This document shows, one piece after another, positions 8,091 to 16,844 of a DNA stretch of 45,427 nucleotides. The stretch lies in the IMG/VR virus record IMGVR_UViG_3300045988_099759; one strand, written 5' to 3'. The notes under the pieces were generated by a model that was not told the DNA's origin, did not search any database, and worked only from the letters and a program-made list of their open reading frames with translations. The stretch's first letter is position 1. The number at the start of each line of letters is the position of its first letter. The stretch comes from a virus. Position numbers and translations under genes: made by a program.

Positions 8091-8113
8091 CTACTACCCC
8101 CGGAGGTGACCAC

Positions 8114-8266
8114 ATGACAAAACAGCAATTAGTTGATGAATACGCCCGCAAACATCTTTGTGCGACATGCAAGTGGAGGAATGGCGATATTTGCACGCTG
8201 CCGCACTGCATGAAGCTGGAAGAAAGGGACAAAAATGGAACGAGGAAAATTAAGCATTGCGAATGA
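8114..8266 (+). CDS. Small Cys-rich hypothetical protein (50 aa)
   Basis: GGAGGTGA SD lies 4 nt upstream of the ATG. 'CATCKWRNGDICTLPHC'. Below the ORF-track length cut-off. Confidence 0.45.
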   Translation: MTKQQLVDEYARKHLCATCKWRNGDICTLPHCMKLEERDKNGTRKIKHCE

Positions 8267-8660
8267 CCCAAGACTTTCTGAATTTTCTAAAATGAGCCCA
8301 TCATGGCATTCTCAATATCTTGCAGATATTGAGAACCGTTGTTTCAATTTTGGAGATACTGTCCGTGTCGTTGATTCGTTTTCTGATTATTATGATCAGG
8401 CAGGAAGGGTTTTATACATTAGCTATGATGATGAAAATTCCCCGCTTGAAGACAACAACTATACAGTTGATTTTGGAAATGGCAAATATGAAACCTTCAA
8501 TTTCAGAAAGCTCAAGCTCATAAAAAGAGCCACTCCAGAAGAGCATAAAGCTGCAATAAAAGATGGGAACTTACCGATTTCAGATGGTTGGAATGAATGG
8601 TTCAAACTTGTTAGGGAAAAAATCAAAGAACTTTATCGGGAGGATAGCGACGGAAAATAA
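8235..8660 (+). CDS. Hypothetical protein (AT-richer gene)
   Basis: 141-aa ORF that is visibly AT-richer than the genome backbone. Confidence 0.6.
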   Translation: MERGKLSIANDPRLSEFSKMSPSWHSQYLADIENRCFNFGDTVRVVDSFSDYYDQAGRVLYISYDDENSPLEDNNYTVDFGNGKYETFNFRKLKLIKRATPEEHKAAIKDGNLPISDGWNEWFKLVREKIKELYREDSDGK

Positions 8661-8702
8661 CGCCAGCCAACCATTTCGCAGTTTGAAAAAAGGAGGTGTC
8701 AC

Positions 8703-9062
8703 ATGGACGCTTTTCAATACGAAATACATCGAGCTCAGCTTTGCGATATGTACAATGGCATTTGCGCAGCATGTCCGCTAAACAGTGATGGTAAAAGTCT
8801 GGGCTGTGCTTTATGCAACTATGACACGATAAAAGTTATAGAGCGAACGCAAAAGCTAATTGATTGGGCGGAAGAATGGCCGCGTACAAGGCAAGATGCT
8901 TTGAAAAGGTATTTTTTAGATGCCCCAATGAAAAACGGTATTATAAATATATGCCCTAAAAAGATTGATAAATCGTATAAAACAAAATGCGTAAAGAACG
9001 GGAAGCCATGCGAGCAGTGCAAAAAAGATTACTGGTTGGAGGGAATCAACAATGGGAAATAA
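8703..9062 (+). CDS. Cys-rich hypothetical protein (intact paralogue of 6543..6903)
   Basis: AGGAGGTG SD; 119 aa; multiple CxxC motifs. Confidence 0.65.
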   Translation: MDAFQYEIHRAQLCDMYNGICAACPLNSDGKSLGCALCNYDTIKVIERTQKLIDWAEEWPRTRQDALKRYFLDAPMKNGIINICPKKIDKSYKTKCVKNGKPCEQCKKDYWLEGINNGK

Positions 9063-9498
9063 TGTACCCTGCGGCAACACCCAGCGTCAAAAATGGATGG
9101 AAAAATACGCCGCCTATCAGAAAGCCTTTATCGAGGCCCGCGATAAATTTTATGAATCCAACGCCGCCATGTCGGCTCACCCTGCCGATGGTATGCCAAA
9201 AGGCAACACCCGCTCTGACCCGGTGGCCCGCCTGGCAGAGCGGTACGATAAAGCCTATGCCCGGTACTGCCGTGCCCGCGCCGAGATGAACACAGCCTAT
9301 TTTAAGCGGCACGAAGCTATGAACCCCCTCAACTCCGACCAGCAATCTGTCCTGACCGCCATTTACTTTGAGGGAAAATCACGCCGTGACACAGCAAAAG
9401 AACTGAACCGTTCCGATTTCTGGGTACGCGCCCAGGAACGCACCGGCCTGTTTCTCTTAGAGCTTCCTTCCGGCTGGGAGCTTGATATTCTCCCTTGA
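9052..9498 (+). CDS. Putative late-gene transcriptional regulator (ArpU/sigma-70 region-4-like)
   Basis: The C-terminal 'QQSVLTAIYFEGKSRRDTAKELNRSDFWVRAQ' resembles a region-4 HTH. It is the last gene of the early operon, facing the late operon. Confidence 0.5.
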   Translation: MGNNVPCGNTQRQKWMEKYAAYQKAFIEARDKFYESNAAMSAHPADGMPKGNTRSDPVARLAERYDKAYARYCRARAEMNTAYFKRHEAMNPLNSDQQSVLTAIYFEGKSRRDTAKELNRSDFWVRAQERTGLFLLELPSGWELDILP

Positions 9499-9507
9499 CA
9501 CAGCAAA

Positions 9508-9554
9508 GCCCGCAGCTGTCGAGTAATCCTCGTCAGCTGCGGGCTGATTTTTTA
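9508..9554. terminator. Bidirectional intrinsic terminator at the early/late convergence point
   Basis: GCCCGCAGCTG...CAGCTGCGGGC stem (with inner CGAG/CTCG) followed by TGATTTTTTAT. Confidence 0.8.
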
Positions 9555-10022
9555 TTCCTGCACTGCCGCAATATTGTGGTAATACCGCCCGGCCTTATCC
9601 TCCGGCGCGTCCTTGTCCTCCAAAAACGCCGCCGCAAGGTCTGCGTAAAACTCAGGTCTGTCCACGCTGTTCTTGCGTGCCGCCTTGCAGTAGTCGCTGT
9701 ACATCATGTTCATCACAGCGGCCCACTTCCAAAGCTCGCAGGTCACACCGCGCGGCTCCATATAGGGCCGCGTCTGTTCCAAATCCCAGTGTGCGCCAAA
9801 GCTGCCGTCCTCGTTCTTCATGTTGTACATCCAGCTCATGGCATCTTCTTTGGTAAGCTCTTCGTCCCCACTGCCGCTGCACTTAGCGCACTCTTTAACA
9901 TGCTCCCAGCATTCCAGCATCGAGGTCAGTGCCGCGACGGTGCGCTCATTCACGGGATAGTTTTCCACAAACTCGTCAATCTCGTGTTCCAGCTTCTCCT
10001 TGTACGCCTTGATCTTCTCCAT
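9552..10022 (-). CDS. Hypothetical protein (last gene of the accessory cassette)
   Basis: ATG at 10022 lies 6 nt after GAGGTG (GTG at 10031 is also possible). 156 aa; 'DGSFGAHWDLEQT...MMYSDYC' motif. Confidence 0.6.
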   Translation of the reverse strand: MEKIKAYKEKLEHEIDEFVENYPVNERTVAALTSMLECWEHVKECAKCSGSGDEELTKEDAMSWMYNMKNEDGSFGAHWDLEQTRPYMEPRGVTCELWKWAAVMNMMYSDYCKAARKNSVDRPEFYADLAAAFLEDKDAPEDKAGRYYHNIAAVQE

Positions 10023-10032
10023 CTCGCGCACC

Positions 10033-10473
10033 TCATGCCAGCTTCACAACGCTGGCGCAGACGTGGGTCACGGTTCCGGCCACGCCGCTCAGCACGGCGC
10101 TGATCGTCGGCGTGCTGCCGCAGCATACAGGGATGTACACGACAGTTTCCGCATGGAAAGTGGAAACCTCGTTCGCGGCCACCGTCGCGCTTGCCGTCAT
10201 GCAGGGCAGCGCGGCGGTATCCTTCATACCTTGCAGCACTTCCGTGCCGGCAGCGCCCGCCGTAAACGTTACGTCATAGCTGATGCGGTATAACCCACTG
10301 TGTCGGATGATAAATCCGCCCGCGTTTGTGTCGATGCTGCACCCGGTATCTGTGTTCAGGATGCCCAGTACATTGACAGGCGTTGCGGTTGCGGCCATCG
10401 TCTGTGCCGTGTTGTTGTAGGCGTTCTGTGCGCTCTTAAAATGGGGATTTTTCAGCCTTTCATTGCAAGCCAT
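10033..10473 (-). CDS. Hypothetical protein with C1q/BclA-C-terminal-like beta-sandwich features (tentative)
   Basis: 146 aa. 'GFIIRHSGLYRISYDVTFTAG' resembles the G-x-Y-x-I-x-Y strand pattern of C1q/TNF-like domains. AAAGGAG SD. Confidence 0.4.
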   Translation of the reverse strand: MACNERLKNPHFKSAQNAYNNTAQTMAATATPVNVLGILNTDTGCSIDTNAGGFIIRHSGLYRISYDVTFTAGAAGTEVLQGMKDTAALPCMTASATVAANEVSTFHAETVVYIPVCCGSTPTISAVLSGVAGTVTHVCASVVKLA

Positions 10474-10493
10474 AAAACTATACTCCTTTCCTC

Positions 10494-10526
10494 AAAAAAG
10501 CCCGCACAGCGCTTGCCGTGCGGGCT
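10494..10526 (-). terminator. Intrinsic terminator inside the accessory cassette
   Basis: On the minus strand: AGCCCGCAC-loop-GTGCGGGCT followed by TTTTTTG. Confidence 0.75.
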
Positions 10527-10542
10527 GACGCTGTTACAGCGA

Positions 10543-11169
10543 TTATGCGCAGCCGCCGTAGCCACAGAACGGGCTAGGGCCTGCCGTGTAGGTGTAGCCG
10601 TTGGGGTAACGCACTACGCCGTACATGCGATTGTCCATCTGCAAGGCGTTCACCTTGTCGCGCAGCTGCTGAATCTCGTTGGCCTGCATCAGCGCACGGG
10701 TCTGCTCGCCTTCGGCGCGGATTGCATTCGTGATGTCGCAGGTCTGGCGGTCCATCTGTGCGGACAGATTGGCCGTCGCAAGCCGGTTCTCGCAGCAGCA
10801 ACTTGCAATCTGCTGCTGGATATTGTTGCCGGTCTGCATTACGGTCTGGTTCAGATTGCTCTGGCCCAGCGCCACTTCCTTGCCAAGCTGACCAATGCCG
10901 CCCTGCATCTCGAAGCCGAGATTGCAGACGCCGTTGCCCAGATTGGTCAAACGGTCGTTGAGCTGTCCAAACTGCTGGCCAAACAAGATTTCCTGCTGGC
11001 TGGCAGCGGTGGCATACTGGCCGAACTCGCCCTGCCGGTTGCCCCAGAAGCCGCCGCCCATGAAGCAGATCAGGAACAAAATCACCATCCACCATGCACC
11101 GTTTCCGCCAAAGCTGTTGCCGTCACCGGTCGCCGCGCGCAGGTCGCTCAAAGAGTACCCATTGTCCAT
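10543..11169 (-). CDS. Membrane-anchored Gln/Asn-rich coiled-coil protein with Cys cluster
   Basis: 208 aa. N-terminal TM 'AWWMVILFLICFMGGGFWG', a 'CCCENR' motif and C-terminal 'CGYGGCA'. Confidence 0.6.
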   Translation of the reverse strand: MDNGYSLSDLRAATGDGNSFGGNGAWWMVILFLICFMGGGFWGNRQGEFGQYATAASQQEILFGQQFGQLNDRLTNLGNGVCNLGFEMQGGIGQLGKEVALGQSNLNQTVMQTGNNIQQQIASCCCENRLATANLSAQMDRQTCDITNAIRAEGEQTRALMQANEIQQLRDKVNALQMDNRMYGVVRYPNGYTYTAGPSPFCGYGGCA

Positions 11170-11225
11170 AGTATCCAATCCTTTCGTTAGATTTGTATTT
11201 ATAAACCGTGTCGACCCGGCTTATA

Positions 11226-11438
11226 TCAGTAAAATATGCCCTTGAACTGTTCCGCCTGCTGTTTCAGCTGTTCAAACTGCTGCTGGCTTATTCGGCCATC
11301 TGCAAGCATCTGCTCCACAATTTTCTGCGGGTCTTTCCCCTGCATCTGCTGTTTGAACTGCATAAACTGCTGCACCACGTTCATCGGGCTATTTGGCATT
11401 GCGCTTTTCCCCATTGCCTGTAGAATCGGATTTGTCAT
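11226..11438 (-). CDS. Small Gln-rich hypothetical protein
   Basis: 70 aa. GGAGGA SD lies 8 nt upstream of the ATG at 11438. Overlaps the upstream gene by 50 nt in another frame. Confidence 0.55.
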   Translation of the reverse strand: MTNPILQAMGKSAMPNSPMNVVQQFMQFKQQMQGKDPQKIVEQMLADGRISQQQFEQLKQQAEQFKGIFY

Positions 11439-11745
11439 TGAGCATCTCCTCCAATCGTTTCACACGGTTTTCCAGGCTGTTCACGTCCACCGGCGGCGCG
11501 GCCTGGTACGGGGTAATGGTGTAGGGTGTCAAAGTGGGATACCCTGCGCCGTCCGTTGTCTTCAGCCATACCAGCGGCGCGGTCTCGTCCAGCAGCAGTG
11601 CGCTGGAATTCGGTGCCATTCCAAACGCCTTTGCGCCGTTCTCACCGCTCACCTTTGTGATGCTGCACGGCTGTAACGCCTGCTGCATCGTCTGCCCATA
11701 GGGGTTGCTGTAGGGGGTCTGCATACCGTAGTTATTCCAGTACAT
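11389..11745 (-). CDS. Hypothetical protein (Tyr/Asn/Gln-rich N-terminus)
   Basis: ATG at 11745 lies 5 nt after GAGGTGA. 118 aa; ends in TAG. Confidence 0.6.
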   Translation of the reverse strand: MYWNNYGMQTPYSNPYGQTMQQALQPCSITKVSGENGAKAFGMAPNSSALLLDETAPLVWLKTTDGAGYPTLTPYTITPYQAAPPVDVNSLENRVKRLEEMLNDKSDSTGNGEKRNAK

Positions 11746-11841
11746 CCCGCTCACCTCGTCTTTCTGGTTTTATTGTACTACAATCCATCCCGCGCCGTAG
11801 GCCATTCCCACGCCAGTATCACGTCACTTTTACGCCAAAAC

Positions 11842-11878
11842 AAAAAAGCGGGCAGCCACTCAAAAAGTGACTGCCCGC
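11842..11878 (-). terminator. Strong intrinsic terminator
   Basis: On the minus strand: GCGGGCAGTCACT-loop-AGTGGCTGCCCGC followed by TTTTTTG. Confidence 0.8.
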
Positions 11879-11888
11879 TATACTTTTG

Positions 11889-11933
11889 CCTTCCCCCGTG
11901 GGGGAAGGTGCCGCCGCAGCGGCGGATGAGGGG
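11889..11933 (-). repeat. Twin-hairpin element, copy A
   Basis: CCTTCCCCCGTGGGGGAAGG, then CCGCCGCAGCGGCGG, then ATGAGGGG. Homologous to copies at 19854 and 33501. Confidence 0.8.
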
Positions 11934-11955
11934 CGGCTTATCTTTTACCGCTCTC

Positions 11956-12144
11956 TCACCGCATCTTATTCTTAATGCTTCTCACATGCCGGTTTACCGT
12001 CCTCTCACAGCAGTTCAGCTCGGCTGCAATCTCGGCATTGCGCCTCCCGTGCCGCCGCATATCCAACACTTCCCGCTCATCGTCCGTCAGACTGAACACA
12101 AGCTCGTCATACTCCGCCCGGTTCATGCAAAAATCAAACTTCAT
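11956..12144 (-). CDS. Mini sigma-70 region-4 / LuxR-type HTH protein (62 aa)
   Basis: ATG at 12144 lies 4 nt after GAGGTG. 'LTDDEREVLDMRRHGRRNAEIAAELNCCERTVNRHVRSIKNKM'. Confidence 0.65.
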   Translation of the reverse strand: MKFDFCMNRAEYDELVFSLTDDEREVLDMRRHGRRNAEIAAELNCCERTVNRHVRSIKNKMR

Positions 12145-12152
12145 ACAGCACC

Positions 12153-15100
12153 TCAAAACGGGTTTTTCTTGCCCCACTGCTTGTTGGTTTTCGCCAGATA
12201 CGCGCGCCGCATCTCGTTCGTCAAGTCCATCTCGTTCAAACGCGCCACAGCCTCGCCCTTATCGACTTTGCCATTGCCGTTCGTGTCTGGGATGGTAGCG
12301 CGGTAGTTTACCCAGTCGCGCAGCGCATCTGCGCCATAGCTCTGGTAAATCTCTGCACCGGCCTTGTCGGCATACGTGCCGCCCTTTTCCGGGTACTTGC
12401 CGTTCTTGTCCTTCTTGTAGTACGCTGCCAGATACGCCCTCGCGAAGTCGTCTCCGCTCAGGCCGTATTTCTGCATACCGTAACCGACTGTAAACTTGTC
12501 CGGTGTCTGGTCATCGTCCAGCGTCTTTGCCACAGCACTGTAAGCCTGCATATAGGCGGTGACCGCCTTGTCTCCGGCAAGATCGCTGATGTTGCGCACG
12601 GTACTGCCCTTGTCAGTGCTGTCTACAAAGTTGCTTACTGCATCATCACCGAACTGTGAATAGAGCGTGTTCCACTTCTCCACAGTGTTCAGTGTCGCAT
12701 CATCATTGCCGCTCGTCTCCCGCTTTTCATCGCGCACAAGGTCAGTGGCGTTCTTCATCAGCACATATTGGCTGAATCCTTCCGCACCGCCGTCCCGGTA
12801 TGCCTCGTACTCCTTCGCGTTCACACCGCTCACGCCGTCACCCACAGCGGCAACACCGCCGGCGGTCTTGGCTACCGTGTAGGCATCCTGCACAAGCGCA
12901 CTCTGCTGGTCTTCCGGCAGCTGCAAAAACATGCTGTTCTGCCGCAGCTCGTCAATCAGGTCATAAGCTGTCTGACCGTAGGCTTTGTCGTATGTAGTCT
13001 TTTCCTGCGGCGTCAAACGCTGCTCGGTGCTGTCGCCGCCGTCAAGGCTCGGCACGCTGACCGTATACCCTCTTGCACTGCTGTTTTTCGGTAGTACATT
13101 CTTGTCGCCGGTGCTCTTGTACAAGCCCTCTACATACTGGCTTACTTCATCGCCGTCGCTCTCGGAATAGTAGCCGGGCGACAAAAAGTTATAAGCAGCT
13201 CTGGCGGCATAATCGCTGGCATCTTCACCGCTCGCCGGGGTAAAGTTCTTTTCCTCGTTGCCCCAAACATCAATATACGGCTCATTGTTTTTGCTCAAAA
13301 CCGGGATTTTGTTTTCGGATTTCTGCCCGAAATAGGCAAAGTTTTTCGCGGCACCTGTAAGCCCTGTATAGGTGCTGCGGCGGGTCGGGTCGATGGTGCG
13401 CGCAAGCTGTCCGCTCAAAGTCGGGATTGCCTGCGTAAAGTAGTTGCCAAAACCGCTTGTTAATAAGGTCGCTGCTTTCTCGCCGCCTGTCTGCGCATTG
13501 CCCAGCTGGTCAATCGTATTGTTCAAACTAGAAAGATAGCTGTTGTCAATTACCGGGTCAAGTACGCTTACACAGGCATTTAACACTTTGTTGACAACAC
13601 CCGTGCTGTCATCGCCGCTCCCGCCAAGCTGCCTGGCAAGGTTTGCGCCTACCATCATAGGCCCTGCCCAGTTGGAAAACCAGTTGATGGTATAGCTGTG
13701 CAGTTTGCCGTTTTCGTCCGTAAACTGCAAAGAGTTTTCCTGTGCTCCTGTCAAATCGGCTTCTGCTTTTTCCTCGTCCGTCATCTCCGGCACAAGATGT
13801 CCGGTGCTCCACAGATATGCGCCAAGTCCGGCAAGGGCGCTGCCGGTAAGACCGGCGCTGAATGTGTCCATCGCCTTGTTGATGTCTTTGCCCTTTGCAG
13901 CATCATAGCCCATCTGCAAAATTCCTTGCGCCAACCCGAGGGGGCTGTACCGCCATGCCTGTATACCAACATTCGTAGGTGTTTTTACAAACGGTAGCTG
14001 CCCTTCGACCCAAGCGCCCACTATGGGTACATCGTTTGCACTTTTTTTGACTTTGCCGATAAATTCTGTAAGTTTGTTCGCGTCGTGGTATGTGTTTACA
14101 AGTGCCTGCTGTACGGCGTAATCTCTGGCCTGTTCCAGCATTGCTTTGGATGCGTCATCGGTTGCGTCAAAAATCGCATCGGTTGCGCCGTGCGCTTTCA
14201 GGTAGCTGGCAAGGTAACGGCTGTAGTTGTTTTTCAAACCTGCTACGCCGATAAACCCGTTTTCGCCCATACTCTTGGTTGCATCCTGCGCAAACTCGGC
14301 TGCTTTTCGCAGAGCGTTATTCTCGTTAAGCGGTTTCGCAAAACTCAGCAAACCGGATGTTCCGTACACATCGGCATCCTCCAGCATAGCGCTGGACATC
14401 TGGGCAATGGTTCGCATCACGCGGGTGTTGAATGTCTGCCCTGCGTTTCTGGCGGCTTTGGCCATTTCAAAGTTTTCGCTGGTTCCAGTCAATTGCCGCC
14501 ACCGGCTGTTGTCGGCGTCCGAAAAGGAACGGCCTATCAGGTTTCTGTCAGCCTTGCTTGCCGGGTTCAGATACCCTACTGTTACCTCGGCAGTATCATT
14601 GCCCATTGCCTTTGCAACGCGCTGCACAGCACCGTTTACGCCGTCTTTTAACAAGGCAAGTGTGCCCTGCCCAACATTGTTCACGGCGTTTTTGATGTTC
14701 GTCACCGCGTTAAACAGCATGCCGGTATAGCGCATGGCGTTCCATTTATCCCAAAAACTGCCCTTTACATTTCCAGCTGCAATCGTGGCGATCTCATTCT
14801 CAATGTCAACGCGGGCTTTGCTGTCTTTGGGCAGCGTTTCCATCTGCTCGGCAAGCTGTTTGATGTTGGCAACCTGTTCATCACTCAGCTGCTGTATGCC
14901 AAACTTAGTCGCGGCTAGGTCTTTCACCGCTTCGCCCATATACTCGTCATTGTAAGCGCCGCTGCGCAGCAGCTCCAAGAACTGGTCTCGCGGTGCGTTC
15001 GCAGTTTTGTTTGTATCCGGGAAAATCTGCGCAAGGCGTTTCATGGCGCCATCAGACAATGCAGAATTATACATCTTTTCAATGTTCTGCACTACCTCTG

Positions 15101-16814
15101 CCGCCTGGCTGTCGTCCACGCCCAGATAATCTGTAATGGTATTTTTTAAGCCGTCCAGCACTTTGGCTTTGCTTGCGTCTGATTCGCCGGATAACTTCTG
15201 GAATGTAAATTCAAGCTCTTCCTGTACATGGCGCACAGCCTCATTGAATACGCGGCTGTCCGCCCCTGCGGCGGCTTTCTGGTACTGCGTATTGCCGGTA
15301 ATGGCCTTTTGCAGTCTCTCTCCCATTTCACCGCGCAGGGAAGTCGGCGCGTTGATCTCGTCCAAAAAGTCACTCACAGTGGCTTGCATACCCGCGTCAC
15401 TGCCAAAAGCGGCTTTGTTTGCAATGCTGGTATACCCACCGTCCACATTGTTCACCAGTCTGCGTAAAACGCGGCTGTCCGCTTTTTCCATCTGCTTTTG
15501 ATAACCGTCGTTGTTCTTGATGTAGTTATACACATTATCAAAAACAGTCTGGCGGTATTCTGCCGGCGGATTCAGCGTCTCCATGATTTCGTGCGCCGCC
15601 ATGACCGGGCTGATGTCATTGCCGAATGCGCTTGCATCTGCAATATCGCCAACGCTAAATCCGGCACGGTTCAGCGCCGCGCGGAACGCTCTGCCATCGG
15701 CGTGCGCCTGCGCGCCTGTCAGTTGTTTGGAATTTGCAAGCACAGATTCCGCCGTCTTCAAAAAGCTGCTGCGGTATTCGTCAGGCACTTCCACTGCATC
15801 GGCAAGCCGGTTTGCCGCCCTACTGATTTCGGATTTGTTTCCAAACGCCGCGCGGTCAGCCAACTGGCGGAATGTATCGTCGTTCTCTTTCAGGTTCTCC
15901 GTAAAGGCTGAAAGCACCGTCTTGTTGCTGTACAAACTGCCTTCGTTTTTCACGTTGTCAAAAAACGCTTGCAGTCGGCTCGTCATATCGGGGTTGTTTT
16001 TGTAGTTTTTCTGTGCGATGGCTCTCGCCTTGTTCCAAACAGTGGCATAATCGTCCTGCGCATCAAAGGCAAGGTTGAGTTTTGCTTGTGCGGTATAGCC
16101 GTTCTTTGCCCTTGCTCCCTGCGCAACGGGGGATTCTTTGGCAGTTTCAAAAAGCTGGTTTACGATTTCCTTTGCAAAAAGGTCATCAGGGTCGGCCTTT
16201 CTAAAATTGTCCTGCGCATAGTTTCCGGTCTTTCTGGCAACCGCTCTGGCCCACACATCCTCTGGGTTATCCAGTGCCGGCACTTCTTTGGCCGCACTGG
16301 CAGCTTGCTCGGCGGCCTGCTTTCCGGTTTCAACGATTTTGGAGAGCTCATTCGTAACGATTTCGCCCAACTGCGCGTTGGCTTCGTTGCGTCCGTCCTC
16401 AACTGCGTTTTCAATCGCCGTCTGTGCTTTCTTAAAGGCGCCCGGGTTTTTCTTCTGGGCGGCATCGCGGGCATCGTTCAAAACTCCCTCAATATTCATG
16501 ACCGCCTTTTCAGGGGTTGTAAACTGCTTGGCAGATTCCAGCGTTCTCGCGGTTTTTGTCAATCCCTCGCGCATCTTGCTGCGCACAATACGGGCCTGCG
16601 TGGCAGTCTTTGCGTACTCCGTTGTGTTCGGCTCAAGCGTGTTTAGTTTTTCGTTCAGTTCTCGCAGGGTGTTTCCGCCAAGCGTTTCCGTCTCATCGCT
16701 AAAACTCCCGCTCGTGCTGTCTTTCACAATGCGGTCAATGGTAGCGCTCAATCCCTCATTGCTGCGGATTTGCTGCGCATTGGCTTGCTGTTCTGCGTGG
16801 CTTACCCGCTGCAC
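12153..16814 (-). CDS. Very large virion protein (1553 aa), internal/ejection-protein candidate (T7 gp16-like by position and size)
   Basis: Uninterrupted 4.66-kb ORF. GTG start without an SD, in frame with the upstream ORF across one TAG. EF-hand-like 'DTNGNGKVDKGE' near the C-terminus. Confidence 0.6.
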   Translation of the reverse strand: MQRVSHAEQQANAQQIRSNEGLSATIDRIVKDSTSGSFSDETETLGGNTLRELNEKLNTLEPNTTEYAKTATQARIVRSKMREGLTKTARTLESAKQFTTPEKAVMNIEGVLNDARDAAQKKNPGAFKKAQTAIENAVEDGRNEANAQLGEIVTNELSKIVETGKQAAEQAASAAKEVPALDNPEDVWARAVARKTGNYAQDNFRKADPDDLFAKEIVNQLFETAKESPVAQGARAKNGYTAQAKLNLAFDAQDDYATVWNKARAIAQKNYKNNPDMTSRLQAFFDNVKNEGSLYSNKTVLSAFTENLKENDDTFRQLADRAAFGNKSEISRAANRLADAVEVPDEYRSSFLKTAESVLANSKQLTGAQAHADGRAFRAALNRAGFSVGDIADASAFGNDISPVMAAHEIMETLNPPAEYRQTVFDNVYNYIKNNDGYQKQMEKADSRVLRRLVNNVDGGYTSIANKAAFGSDAGMQATVSDFLDEINAPTSLRGEMGERLQKAITGNTQYQKAAAGADSRVFNEAVRHVQEELEFTFQKLSGESDASKAKVLDGLKNTITDYLGVDDSQAAEVVQNIEKMYNSALSDGAMKRLAQIFPDTNKTANAPRDQFLELLRSGAYNDEYMGEAVKDLAATKFGIQQLSDEQVANIKQLAEQMETLPKDSKARVDIENEIATIAAGNVKGSFWDKWNAMRYTGMLFNAVTNIKNAVNNVGQGTLALLKDGVNGAVQRVAKAMGNDTAEVTVGYLNPASKADRNLIGRSFSDADNSRWRQLTGTSENFEMAKAARNAGQTFNTRVMRTIAQMSSAMLEDADVYGTSGLLSFAKPLNENNALRKAAEFAQDATKSMGENGFIGVAGLKNNYSRYLASYLKAHGATDAIFDATDDASKAMLEQARDYAVQQALVNTYHDANKLTEFIGKVKKSANDVPIVGAWVEGQLPFVKTPTNVGIQAWRYSPLGLAQGILQMGYDAAKGKDINKAMDTFSAGLTGSALAGLGAYLWSTGHLVPEMTDEEKAEADLTGAQENSLQFTDENGKLHSYTINWFSNWAGPMMVGANLARQLGGSGDDSTGVVNKVLNACVSVLDPVIDNSYLSSLNNTIDQLGNAQTGGEKAATLLTSGFGNYFTQAIPTLSGQLARTIDPTRRSTYTGLTGAAKNFAYFGQKSENKIPVLSKNNEPYIDVWGNEEKNFTPASGEDASDYAARAAYNFLSPGYYSESDGDEVSQYVEGLYKSTGDKNVLPKNSSARGYTVSVPSLDGGDSTEQRLTPQEKTTYDKAYGQTAYDLIDELRQNSMFLQLPEDQQSALVQDAYTVAKTAGGVAAVGDGVSGVNAKEYEAYRDGGAEGFSQYVLMKNATDLVRDEKRETSGNDDATLNTVEKWNTLYSQFGDDAVSNFVDSTDKGSTVRNISDLAGDKAVTAYMQAYSAVAKTLDDDQTPDKFTVGYGMQKYGLSGDDFARAYLAAYYKKDKNGKYPEKGGTYADKAGAEIYQSYGADALRDWVNYRATIPDTNGNGKVDKGEAVARLNEMDLTNEMRRAYLAKTNKQWGKKNPF

Positions 16815-16844
16815 GGTATACGGCGCATTGGTTCCAAGAATATT

